Shown here piece by piece: positions 48,542 through 59,442 of a stretch of DNA of 64,000 bases. The stretch lies in the IMG/VR virus record IMGVR_UViG_3300042350_005045, one strand, 5' to 3'. The first letter of the stretch is position 1. The number at the start of each line of letters is the position of its first letter. Source of the DNA: an uncultured virus (IMG/VR IMGVR_UViG_3300042350_005045) (Duplodnaviria > Heunggongvirae > Uroviricota > Caudoviricetes). The notes beneath the pieces were generated by a model that had not been told where the DNA came from, ran no database searches, and saw only the letters and a list, made by a program, of their open reading frames with translations. Both the position numbers and the translations under genes were made by a program.

Positions 48542-49375
48542 GGTGTTGAGTTGAGTTGAGCAGGCAGTTTAGCGTCATACCCAGGACGGATATATTAATA
48601 AAAGTAATCAGTCGTTAAACTGTTCTAGTGCGCGGCGAAGTTTGTTAGTTATCGACATACACGAATGGTTGCTAAAGGATGTTCAGTGCAAGCTTTAAGA
48701 TAGTCACAGCAGAAATCATACAAACCCTGCCAAGTACCCCAGCCGTTGGGCGAGTTGTCTTGTTCGCATAAATGGCGGTACATTGCTAGGAATGCAATGC
48801 CTTTGGAAATAGGCTCAATTAACTGATGCGCAGTTGTAATGCCAATTTCTTCAGGGCGCCATAGACACTCATAAAGATTAGCCGTGCTGGCCATTGTTGT
48901 GAGATTGTGGGTGATGTTGCGCCAGTAAAGATCATTACCGCTTTCGTCTTCAAGATGTACGTCAAGGCTCATTAGTGTAGCTCCAAGTTTGTTTAGTTTT
49001 TGATTTGTATAGAACCGTTAAATTTTCCCCTGGATAGACGTAAAACAATTTGGTCACCAGAGTCTGGAGTATCACCTGGTCCTTGGTGGACCAGGATCTC
49101 CCATATGTTTTGGTTGATCTTCATGATTGAATTGCAGTAACGAATCATCAAGAGTTCTTTGTCTTGCCCTGGTTTGTAGGACAAAACTTTTTTGTGAATG
49201 CCAAGTGGTTCATCCTCATTGTCCTTGGTGTAAGAAGCAACCCAATAGGATGCTGACTTTGTTGATTGTTGAGTTGAACTAAAGCCTCTCATTAAACCGT
49301 GAGTTGTGTTACATGGTGAACGACATTGTATACATCAATCGTCATATACTTTCCGTATCAATAGATACCAAAGCC

Positions 49376-49528
49376 ATGACGTTAACGTATCGTGGTTGCA
49401 AATACAACCAAGAGGATCAGGCCAAGGCAGACAGAGCATGGTGGAACTTAGCACACCGTCCATGGCTTTGCCTGACCTACCGTAACATCTGCTACTTTCC
49501 TTACGTCACTGGAGGACAAATCAAATGA
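49376..49528 (+). CDS. DUF4278-like small protein
   Basis: MTLTYRGCKY...LTYRNICY repeated motif. Confidence 0.6.
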   Translation: MTLTYRGCKYNQEDQAKADRAWWNLAHRPWLCLTYRNICYFPYVTGGQIK

Positions 49529-49993
49529 ACAAGGCACTGATCGTCTACCTGGTGAACAGACGGAAAAAGCTGGCACGCAAGGATGTAGAGTCCAAGCATG
49601 CCGTCACAGAACTGAGGAAGCAAAGTGCTGCAACCTTTTAATAAAAGTGACTACTGGGTTTCAAACTCGTTGGCAATAAGTATCAACTGACGCAAAGCAA
49701 AAACGATGCCAGGGCTGTCATCTACGTTGCCATCGCAATACAGATTTTCAATCTGATCAACAGCGGCTCGCAAAGCGGCAGCAATGGCTTGCGTGCGTGT
49801 GCTAGCCCAGCGCTCTGCAGATGCTTCCAGTACAGCTTGTGCAGCGGGTGAAAGTTCAGACATAGAAGTGTTAATGGTTACTTACGTTGAGGTGTTTTGA
49901 TATGGAGGCATGAGGTCTCCATTCTCATCAATGATGCCAGCCCCCATAAGAAACTGACGTGCTTGCTCTGGTTCTTTGTACCTCTCAATCAGA

Positions 49994-51520
49994 TCATTGA
50001 TTTGTTGAGAACACAGCCTCTCCGATGATTGGGAATTCTTTACAGAAAATTCCTTTGATTGCTTCTGCAATTTCTCTGTGCTCGAGTTGGGTTGATTCAT
50101 GGGTCCTCAATTGTAAATAATGTATGTAAGACCTGATAGTGCCATTCATATACAAACGGGTTGGTGCAGCAAGAGGTAACACAAAACGCGCTGACTCTTT
50201 TGCAATACCCTCACTGATCATCTCTTGGTACAAATGCTTGGAGTCTTCCAAGATTGTAGACATCCGTCTGTAGTAGTGAGCAAGCTTCTCACCACCCAAG
50301 CGTTCCTTCAAATCATCATTGGAGTTCTGTCTGTTCTTGTAGTCTTGACTACGTAGATGCGGCAGTATGATGCTGCCTACATCAGAGACATCAGCATAAC
50401 GTTGACTGTTATGAACAACAATTCCATTGGCAACAAAGTTATGAGTTGGATGGTCCATTTCAATATCGTACGTCATTTGAATACCTAAATATTTTTCTTC
50501 TGTAATTTTCCCCCATTTAGCAGTCATCCCTAAAGTCCATCCATACTGTTTGCCTTGTATGGCAATGTCATACTTGCGATGGCATGATGCACATAATGTT
50601 TGCAAATTAGTTTCATCAAAACATAATTCTTCGTTGTTATCGTGTGCAGTAATATGGCTTAATTCAAGACGCGATACAGAACCATCATGCCCACAACGCT
50701 CACAGCTTTGCTGAAGCATTGTAGATCTTGCCCATTTCATAAATGAAGATTTCTTTGCTTCAAATGAAATGTCAATCCTACTAGAGGCTGCATTGTTTGG
50801 TTTAGCAGGAACAATGCCATGCTTACGAAACCATTTACGTGCAGTCACATCTTTTATTCCATACGCTTCAGCAAAAGCTGTTGAACCCATCCAAGCGTTC
50901 TGTTTTAAAACATCGGGATTTTGATAAGGCAAAGGAAAAGTTTCTTTTCCATTTAAAGCAACTGATAAACCTTGTTCATAAGCTTCTTTAAAAGCTACAA
51001 ATCCTTTTTCCTTTGTGAAAATACGATGCTCTTGAGTACAGTCAATTGTTTTGTATGAATCCGGCGCTTCTATAGTGTACTGATAAATAGGTTTTTCTCC
51101 TGACCGATAAACAGAAAGTATGGGAGCTGAAATAAAACGCTCCGCTTCTGGATCATAAGAACGTGCGTACCTTGCCCGGAAAGAGCTTTTATTCCATTTA
51201 GAATACAACTCTTCAATAGGCAAGCGTTGAACTACTCCTGATTCGGTTGAGATAGTGATACGCACATTGCCAGCTAAACAAAATTCCTGGAACGAGAAGG
51301 AACGATGCCTAAGGATCTGCGGTGAGATTGCACGTGTTGTGTTGATTTCAACACACATGTTGGCCATCTCGTACGGCGACCAGTGTTGATGTTTAATCAG
51401 ATAACGCAACAACTTGGGTGCGGTATCCATGTTGTCTTGATTCTTGGGTGCAGAAACGCGTGCCATCTTGACAATCATCTCTTCTGCATTGGGCGTTGCC
51501 CAAACAAGTTGTACGTTCAT
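49994..51520 (-). CDS. thyX: FAD-dependent thymidylate synthase containing an intein
   Basis: HWSPYE; QILRHRSFSFQEF|intein|SQRY; KESARFVLP; LRTHESTQLEHR. Confidence 0.95.
   Translation of the reverse strand: MNVQLVWATPNAEEMIVKMARVSAPKNQDNMDTAPKLLRYLIKHQHWSPYEMANMCVEINTTRAISPQILRHRSFSFQEFCLAGNVRITISTESGVVQRLPIEELYSKWNKSSFRARYARSYDPEAERFISAPILSVYRSGEKPIYQYTIEAPDSYKTIDCTQEHRIFTKEKGFVAFKEAYEQGLSVALNGKETFPLPYQNPDVLKQNAWMGSTAFAEAYGIKDVTARKWFRKHGIVPAKPNNAASSRIDISFEAKKSSFMKWARSTMLQQSCERCGHDGSVSRLELSHITAHDNNEELCFDETNLQTLCASCHRKYDIAIQGKQYGWTLGMTAKWGKITEEKYLGIQMTYDIEMDHPTHNFVANGIVVHNSQRYADVSDVGSIILPHLRSQDYKNRQNSNDDLKERLGGEKLAHYYRRMSTILEDSKHLYQEMISEGIAKESARFVLPLAAPTRLYMNGTIRSYIHYLQLRTHESTQLEHREIAEAIKGIFCKEFPIIGEAVFSTNQ
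50408..51280 (-). mobile_element. Intein (291 aa) with HNH-type endonuclease
   Basis: Starts CLAGN, contains CTQEHRIF, ends TYDIEM...HNFVANGIVVHN followed by Ser; internal CERC...H...NLQTLCASCH. Confidence 0.95.
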
Positions 51521-52391
51521 GAGCACTTAAGGAAGTAATGCCAGCGAGATGTGTGATCAGTGTAACGGATTACAGAACAACCTTCATACTGATCAATGAC
51601 TTCAAACTTAGTGTTGTTCTTAGGTTCATCAGGTAACAAAAAGATTGCAGCAATTAAACCAGTGCCTGCAAAGGCAAGGATTGTTGTGAAGCAACCACGA
51701 TAGAATTGAATTTGATTTTCAGTCATGTCATTCACCAGGAACAAGGACTTCTTTGGTCAGACGTTCTAATGCCGACACGGGACAGATGCGTGCAGTGGCA
51801 TGTTCAGTTGGGCTAGGTAAATGATCCCAACGAACAAGCAAGAACTTTTGGGTGGCACCACGTGAATTGTTTTTGTAGTTGATGCCAACTACTTCACCGT
51901 ACCGCTGGCTCCTGTACTGAGAGATGCGTTCTTTTGTTTGTTGGTTGTTTGTGTAGATTCCGTGGGGTTTGGGACGTTCAGCAACACGGTCACCAATCTT
52001 GTAATCAAACTGTCGCTTGGTTGTCATTGTAATAATTAGTTGTTGTCGGGAAGTTGTTCAAGGGCGCGGCGGATGGTGTCTACACCAAGTTGAGTGGAGC
52101 TGTTATTGAGAATGTGAGCTAACGCCTCTAGCGCCTGCTCCTTCAAGCTCGGGGGCTTGGGACGGCGTGCGGACTGCAAGTATTTGCGGGCGTTGTCGTC
52201 ATACAACTCCAGCAGCGCACAGCACGCCTCCAGCTCAATGTCGGCGCTCCATTGTGCGGCTTGAGTAGCAATGTCTTGCAGCTTGGTGGTGGTAACAGTT
52301 ACTATTACGCACGGAGATAGTGCAGAAAACTCGGGCGCTTCTCGCCACTGCTGCACCAGTTCCCATGGTGGAATGATGGAATGTTGTTGTG

Positions 52392-52727
52392 TCATTTGAT
52401 GTTGGTGTAAGTTTTGTAGTTGACAATACGTGAGATTGTACTGCGAGCAGTGTCATAGCGTATTGCTATCTGACCGTTGCTCAATCCTTTCTGATGTAGA
52501 TGACGAATCATCAACACATCATTGTCAGTCAAGAAAGAGTTTCCATTCCTGGTGCCAACAGGTTTGTAAGCTTTCAATGGAATTGGCTTAGCAACTTCAT
52601 ACCGTTCAACAGTGCGATACTTGTAACCACAATCAAGACAACGACAATAACGCTTGGTCACATCAGGTCCTAGGTGTTCAGTACAAGTAACGCGTGTGTT
52701 ACTACTGTTGCATTGTCTGCAGTTCAT
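52392..52727 (-). CDS. NrdR/Ogr-like Zn ribbon plus HTH
   Basis: CRQC...TRV...RYCRCLDCGYKYRTVE; IAIRYDTARSTISRI. Confidence 0.65.
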   Translation of the reverse strand: MNCRQCNSSNTRVTCTEHLGPDVTKRYCRCLDCGYKYRTVERYEVAKPIPLKAYKPVGTRNGNSFLTDNDVLMIRHLHQKGLSNGQIAIRYDTARSTISRIVNYKTYTNIK

Positions 52728-53454
52728 CTTCAGTAAGGTTCAATGAATGAAGTAGTTCAAAACAATTGACTTCGCCCATGATCTTAAATGCATCTGCAAT
52801 TAGTTCATGCGACAGCGCAGGGAGTTCGTAGTAGTCGTACAGGATTTCTTCTGCACGATCAAAATTATCATAAGAACCAGTGAGATGTTGAATCACGGAG
52901 CCAGGCATGTTATCAACCAAGGCTGTAACAATTGCTTGTCTCACTTGAGTCCAAGCATGCCCTGGTATTAATGCAATAGTTTTGTCGACAAGGTCAAGAT
53001 CAATTGTGTCGTGGGTCATAGAGAAAGACCCCCGCTTGCGCAGGGGCCGAACATTCCGTCAGAAGTCTAGGCTGCTTGGGCGTCAGTGTCCACTACCTGG
53101 TCCAACAAGCCGGACTCCTTGAGGCGATCCAGCATGTTGACCATGAGTGTCGCATGAGCTTGCGTCTGCTCCATGAATGCCCTGGCACGGTCAGCACTCA
53201 TGGTGTGTACCCGACCACAAGGCTCGATGTACTGCCATGACCCATCGGGCTGCGGCTGACCTTGCTCAATGGCAAGCTTCTCGGAGTTGTACTGATAGCG
53301 CAGCTCAAGGTTGTGGTAATCCCTAAGACCATTCTTATCAGTCCATGTAGCACCAAGGTTGTAGCGTTGATCTTCATCACTGAATGCATGCAGTTCAGGG
53401 ATGAGATGTTTGAAGGCAGCAAAGAGTTGCATGATGTGAATTGATTGGATGGGT

Positions 53455-53541
53455 TGGTGCAGACGGCGAGAGTCGAACTCGCAAGGGCAAATGCCCGACG
53501 CATTTTAAGTGCGTTACGTATACCTATTCCGTCACGTCTGC
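53455..53541 (-). tRNA. tRNA-Leu (TAA), CCA encoded
   Basis: Acceptor stem GCAGACG/CGTCTGC, anticodon arm ACGCA-CTTAAAA-TGCGT, long variable arm, TTCGACT T-loop, ACCA end. Confidence 0.95.
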
Positions 53542-53802
53542 ATCACTTGGGCTTACATCAACTGTGATTGCAGTCGAATGCCAAGTGTGATCATGAGGTA
53601 ATGGCTCAGTACCATAACTCCATGTGTCGTAGTCATCCTCATTGCGAGGATCGTCTTCAATCAAGATGTACTGTGGTGAGTTGTCCGTGATGTACTCACC
53701 AATGTTGGCCATGGCCATGGCAAGTAGTTGATCGTCGGTGTAGTCAGTCATGGGTAGAAACCAGCCCTAGTATCGAGGCTAAGGCTGGTAGGCCGTGCGG
53801 AC

Positions 53803-55539
53803 TCAGCTACATGCTAGCTGTTTCTCGCGTTGCTGCAAGACCTCACGGAAAGCTTCCGTGTAAGCATCGCGTTCCCATGACTCAAGGCTTCTGTTGCCAA
53901 CGCCAGCAATCTGCTTAACTGACATCATACCCTGGTCCACAACCAATTGAATTGTGAAGGTGGGCTTGTTATCAATCATACATAACACAATGAAGTGCTT
54001 ACGTTTCTTGATGTCATCGGCATAGTGGGATGCAGAGCCAACGCAATTGCGTACGGCTTGACCCCACATGGATAGTTGATGTGTGTCAACAGGCTGGAAG
54101 AATGTCCATACTTTATCAAGACGTATGACTTTGATAGGTTCAGGGAATAGATCTTGACGTAGGGACTCCTTTGGATTCTCGATCTTCCATGCTTCGGATT
54201 GTACATAGTCATGAAACTCGGTCAAACGCCAACGCTTAGGTGGCTCCAACGTCTTGCCTGCATCCAGGATTTTAAGCATCATAGAGAATGTATCGTTGAG
54301 TTCACCAAAGCGTTGACGCTGGTAACCAACATCACTATCAACCCAACGACCATTGTATTCAGTGAGTTGTCTATCCAAGTACTTACGCATGATTGTAAAC
54401 AATGATCCAACAGGCATGTGTTCACGTAACCAGTCGATTAAACAAGGCTCTTGTGTAGCCCCACTGCGTAAACGCACTTCAGTCAAGCGAAGATACTTAA
54501 GCTCCTTGAAGTAAGTCTGATAGTAATCAATAGGGCAGTCTGGCCAGATGGAATCAATCCACTCAATTGAGTTAAGGATCTGCACAAAAGCTAAAAAGCC
54601 TTGCCTAATAGGTTGCTGTTGTTTGTTATTAGGATCATTATATGCATCAACGCTACGGTTTAACTCTGCTTGCAATAGTTTCTTGATAGCAGGCTTAGTA
54701 ACAATGTGCTGGATCTTTGTAACAACAGAATATGTCATTGAGGTATAACCATGTTTTTCTTTGAACTTAAGTGAAACAGTAATGAAGTTATCAACAGTCA
54801 AGCCTTGATTTTCATCAAGATGATTTGACATCATTGACGGTATGTTTGCTGCATCAAAGATATTCTTGCAGCGTATGCGATCAAACAATCCACGTGAATC
54901 CTCCCATGTTGGGAGATCTTCCCTCAGGCTGTTATCAAATTCATTGACAACACGATCACGGATCTCATAACCTTTCTGGCAATAAAGATTACCTGCTCGC
55001 CATGGGTAACTACGCCAGCTATCGTAGTCTTTGCCACGGATATCTTCTATAGTTGCTGTCTTTGTATAGACAAAGACTTGTGAACTACGACCAATGTCAT
55101 GGACAACGCAATCGTCTTTGCTATTCCATATCCAAGTTGGTGCAGTCTTATGGGTAGCTGATGTGTTCTTGAATGCATATGCATGACCGTACACATATTG
55201 ATCCTTCTCTTGCTTAGAAGGTAACCATGCTGCGTACCACACCTGTTCGTAGTGATACAGGATGGCAATGACCTTGAGCCTAGCCTGTGGTGTTGCTACA
55301 TCTACAGGCGTCGTAAACACTTGATAACGCTGTGGCGCTGGACGCTGATTGATCTGAGCAATTGCATCTTGCTGATCAGCTTCACGCACAATGTGCGTTG
55401 GTATCAAGCAAGGGATCTTGCCAAGTGGATACGTAGGTTTCTTGGCTGCTGGTTTGTTAGCTTGCTTAGCCAAAGCCTTAAGCTTTGGGTCATAAGCCAA
55501 GAGTTCAGTCTGAAGGTTAGAAGGCAGAGCGAATTGCAT
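53803..55539 (-). CDS. PcfJ-like domain protein
   Basis: C-terminal EFHD...L..WGQAVRNCVG...Y...FTIQL...QIAGVGN. Confidence 0.75.
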   Translation of the reverse strand: MQFALPSNLQTELLAYDPKLKALAKQANKPAAKKPTYPLGKIPCLIPTHIVREADQQDAIAQINQRPAPQRYQVFTTPVDVATPQARLKVIAILYHYEQVWYAAWLPSKQEKDQYVYGHAYAFKNTSATHKTAPTWIWNSKDDCVVHDIGRSSQVFVYTKTATIEDIRGKDYDSWRSYPWRAGNLYCQKGYEIRDRVVNEFDNSLREDLPTWEDSRGLFDRIRCKNIFDAANIPSMMSNHLDENQGLTVDNFITVSLKFKEKHGYTSMTYSVVTKIQHIVTKPAIKKLLQAELNRSVDAYNDPNNKQQQPIRQGFLAFVQILNSIEWIDSIWPDCPIDYYQTYFKELKYLRLTEVRLRSGATQEPCLIDWLREHMPVGSLFTIMRKYLDRQLTEYNGRWVDSDVGYQRQRFGELNDTFSMMLKILDAGKTLEPPKRWRLTEFHDYVQSEAWKIENPKESLRQDLFPEPIKVIRLDKVWTFFQPVDTHQLSMWGQAVRNCVGSASHYADDIKKRKHFIVLCMIDNKPTFTIQLVVDQGMMSVKQIAGVGNRSLESWERDAYTEAFREVLQQREKQLACS

Positions 55540-55594
55540 GGTGTGGTGTAGGTAAATGGAAAGGACAGTTTAACGTCATGTCCAGGACGTTTGA

Positions 55595-58500
55595 TTAACG
55601 GATGTCTTTCAACTGATCAAGAAGTTCTTCATCAGTCTCATCACCAGGCCATGTGCCAATGCACTGGTCTAGCATGTAAGCACCGGTCAGTGTTATAACT
55701 GGCATGCGTTTAGCAAAACCAGTTGCCAGGTACACTCGACCCTTGGGACCACGCAGTACAAAGTACCAGCGTTTGAATTCAATTGAGAAACCAATCATGA
55801 ATCTAAATCGTAGTCAGAGGTGTCAACGAGTTGCCAGTGAGGATCGAGGTCATCAAGATAACTGCAGAAGCCATCTTCGTCAAGAGGAATCGGTTCCTCT
55901 GGATCCAGCTCAATAGTTGTTGTGCACAATGCAGGAGCCCATTCTTCAGGCTCGAAACGAGTCGCCCGATAAAGCAGGCGCATGTCGTCAACAACTGCTG
56001 TAACTGTTGCATCGTGATCACCAAAGACAATGTTTTCGATAGCAAGTACAGTCATCAGTCTTCGTCGATGTAGGAATGAGTAGTGGTCTTGATGAGGCGG
56101 TACTTCATCCACAGACGTGCTGTGTCGTACTCACCTTCCCAACGATTTGAATCCAATAGATTGTCTGTTGCTCTGCGCTTTGCGCAGGCAGCAAGATTGA
56201 TTCGATCAAACATGTTGAGATAGTCAACGTAAGCAGACATGAGTTGAGTTGAGTTGGTGAACAGGACCTGGGACTTACACCGTAAGGATGCCCAGGATCT
56301 TTAATTACTCCAGAGATCTATCTCTTCTTCTAATTCTTCCTCGGTAAGAAGACAAACAACTGTATTAAGGAAACCTTCAATGCATCCTGGATCCTTGTGA
56401 ACAGCATTCATTATTTTCAAAATGAGCTGCTGTTCTTTCTCATAGCGTTCAAGATTGGTCATGATTCTTTAGATTAGCTTAATGTTTGGCAGGCTTAGTC
56501 CTGTGCCGGGGATACTGATCGTACCACGGACACCAGACTCACGAGCATTGAGTGTTACTTGGAGTGGACCAAGCTTAATTGATTTACTATACGAGCGCAC
56601 ACCGCGCTCGGTAACATTAAATCCTGCGATAGTCTTGTCAAAACTTACGTATGATTTCTTCATGTTTACTTAAGATCTTCGGGCATTAGTGCATTGATGT
56701 CATTGTCGTCTGTCATGTTGGTCATGACAAACTTCTCACCGTTAGGTGAGATGAATCCACCAATGAATCCAATGCCATGTCTCTCAGCAGATTCTTTCAT
56801 CTTGGCAATGAGTTGCATAGCTTGAAGTCTTTGCATATCCATGGAATCTGGAATGCGAGGAGTGTTATCAGTCATGAGTTGAGATGAGTTGATTAACGAT
56901 GTAAGTCTACCAGGGAAGTCAAGGATTAGGACATAAGGATGTCTTATATAAATCCAAGGATTCCCTGGTGCTCCAACGGGGGAGTTTGAGGGGGAAGTAC
57001 TTGTGTACTAGTCCCCCTAGTTGGCTGTTACCGATGCATCTCCTGGTGTTCTTTCCATGCAGCGCTGTGCATTTCATTCATTGTCATGGGTGGTTCACCA
57101 GGTTCGTTAGGCGTTGGATCGTAGTCAAGCTCATCGCTTAACATACCGATCACTTCATCGATAACGTTACGCATGTGTGGATCGAGATGCTCGTCCATTT
57201 GATGACGTTTATCTTCGCGAGCACAAATGGCTTTGAGTGCATCAACTACTAGCTGCAGTTGATGGTACTCATTCTTGGTCCAGTCAATTGCTGGATACTT
57301 CTTAGCTTGTTCCATCGTTGAAGTGAAGTTGAAGTTGAGGTAAATCCTGGGACTTACATACCGTACTTACGTAGGTGCTGCCCAGGGATCACAAATGTTC
57401 TTGTATCAAATCTGCAAGTTGATTAAAGTCATAACGTTCTTCATCATTGTAGTATGAAATTCTATAGATGGCATCATCAGCTTCGTCAATAATTGGATCA
57501 TTTGATGTTACATCTGCCCACTGAATAACACTTTCAGGTAAAAGATCGCCTCCATCTTCGAAACACATAAGACTGCAATCGGGCTCGTCAACAAGTTGAG
57601 ACCAGCTTCGATTATATTCTTTGATGTATAAATCCGTTAGTACACCTAAACAACAGAATTCACCATTACAATTAAGTGTCTCTCTTCCTTGTTTGTAGTC
57701 TCCTGAGCGAAGAGCTTTGATCCAAGCTTCTTTGATGCGTTGATTCATGATAAAAAAGCAATGAGTTAAAGCCTGGGACTTACACACCGTACTTACGTCG
57801 GTGCTGCCCAGGATTGAGGCTATGACTGAAGTATTGGCATGTATTGGCATTTCTTACGTGCCATCCAATACTACAGAAGTGTTATAGCGTCATGTGCTCT
57901 TAGGTGCAAGCATGATCCATGCAGTGTAGTTAGCACTGCTTCTGTCTACACGTATCAATCCGTATTCTTCCAGCCGCACCAAGGCCTGGAGATATTGCTC
58001 AAGCCTTGAGCTTTGCGATGGAAGTTTAGGTACGAAGCATGGTGTATTCCCATACTTCTTCTTGTGATTTAAGTAGTACGCATAGAGATTGCGTTGATTG
58101 ATACTGAGTGCAGGTGTTGCAGTTGCTTGCATTGATCAGCAGTAGTACGGACGGGATTCAGGGTATGCCTTAGCTAGTTCGTTGGAGAAACTGATGTCGA
58201 TGTTGGATCGAGTTGTCGTATCTCCAAGAGAACGTTGGTCTTCGATCTCGTACTCCTCGAAGTACTTGACGTAGACCTGGATCGCTTGCTTCTTACAGAA
58301 GATGCAGTGGCTGACGAGAGGGTCTCCTTGGGTGTAATACCAACCTCCTTCTTCGGGTCCGCCGTACCTGAGGTAGGTTTCGTGGACCGTGACGACCGTT
58401 GGGTCTTTGTGCTCGAAGTACTTGTGCACGTTGTAGGCATTGATTGCGAAGCGTGCTTTGTAGGACTTGGGGTAGAACTTCTTGAGTTCTGAGATGTAAG

Positions 58501-58738
58501 ACATGATGCAAACTCCGTGATGATGATTGAAATGATTGCGATCAGGATGACGATGATGTCACCGTCATCCCATGCTTGACGCAGTGTGTACTTAGGCTTG
58601 GTCATCGTAGATCTCCAGTTCAGGTGGGTTGAGTTCAAATTCTTCACGCATGGCTTGCTCCTGCTGGTATGCAAGATCAGCCATTGCGTCAAGATAGTCA
58701 GCGTTGCGCTGCTCGTCAATGAAGTTAGGGTCTCTCAT
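55595..58738 (-). CDS. Array of small hypothetical (probably early) genes
   Basis: About a dozen co-oriented ORFs of 50-120 aa, many preceded by (TCAAC)n leaders and structured repeats. Confidence 0.55.
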
Positions 58739-58812
58739 GGTTTGAGTTGAGATTGTGTCTGCGTTTATAGGATGCGCAGCCCCCTGTTATTATAAATACA
58801 ACACGTGTGTTG

Positions 58813-59442
58813 TATATGCCAATACCAATGCAGTTAGCTGGTAAAGGATTTGTGCCGCCTGGTTATGGGTCCAGGGATTTCAAGGATGAAATTAATCCTG
58901 GCATAAATCTCAGGCAAACAAATCCTTTGGGATGGCAAGAAATAAATAAAGGTAACATTGGTGCTGCGTTCCAGGGATTATTAAATACCGTGACAGCTAA
59001 TCCTGCACAGTACACTCCTGGATATGATCCAATGAGCGGTCAAGGTGGTCATCACCCTGGCGCTAAGCAATTGATTGATGCTTTCACAGGACAAGGTATT
59101 AACTTGAGAGATGACACCGGAAGTGTACAGTTAACTCCTGGTGGATTAAACATACAGTCAAACAAAGGTTGGTCTGCTGGATTTAATCCGACAGGTGGGA
59201 ATATAAATGTTGGACCTGTAGGAATACAAGGTACATGGGCAGGAGATAAAAGCATTCAAGCTACAGTAAATCTTGGTAGACCCAAAGAATTTTCAGGTGG
59301 CTTTATGACTCCTCCCATGATGCAAGAGTTCTTGAATCCTGTTCAAGAACCAGTAATGCAAACAGGTCCTTCAGCAGGTAGGCAGTTAATGCTGGAGCAA
59401 ACAGATGAGTACTTACGTCGTAACCCATATGGTTACCGTTGA
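58813..59442 (+). CDS. Gly/Asn-rich hypothetical protein, lone + strand gene
   Basis: ~210 aa ORF opposite to all neighbours. Confidence 0.55.
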   Translation, partial: YMPIPMQLAGKGFVPPGYGSRDFKDEINPGINLRQTNPLGWQEINKGNIGAAFQGLLNTVTANPAQYTPGYDPMSGQGGHHPGAKQLIDAFTGQGINLRDDTGSVQLTPGGLNIQSNKGWSAGFNPTGGNINVGPVGIQGTWAGDKSIQATVNLGRPKEFSGGFMTPPMMQEFLNPVQEPVMQTGPSAGRQLMLEQTDEYLRRNPYGYR

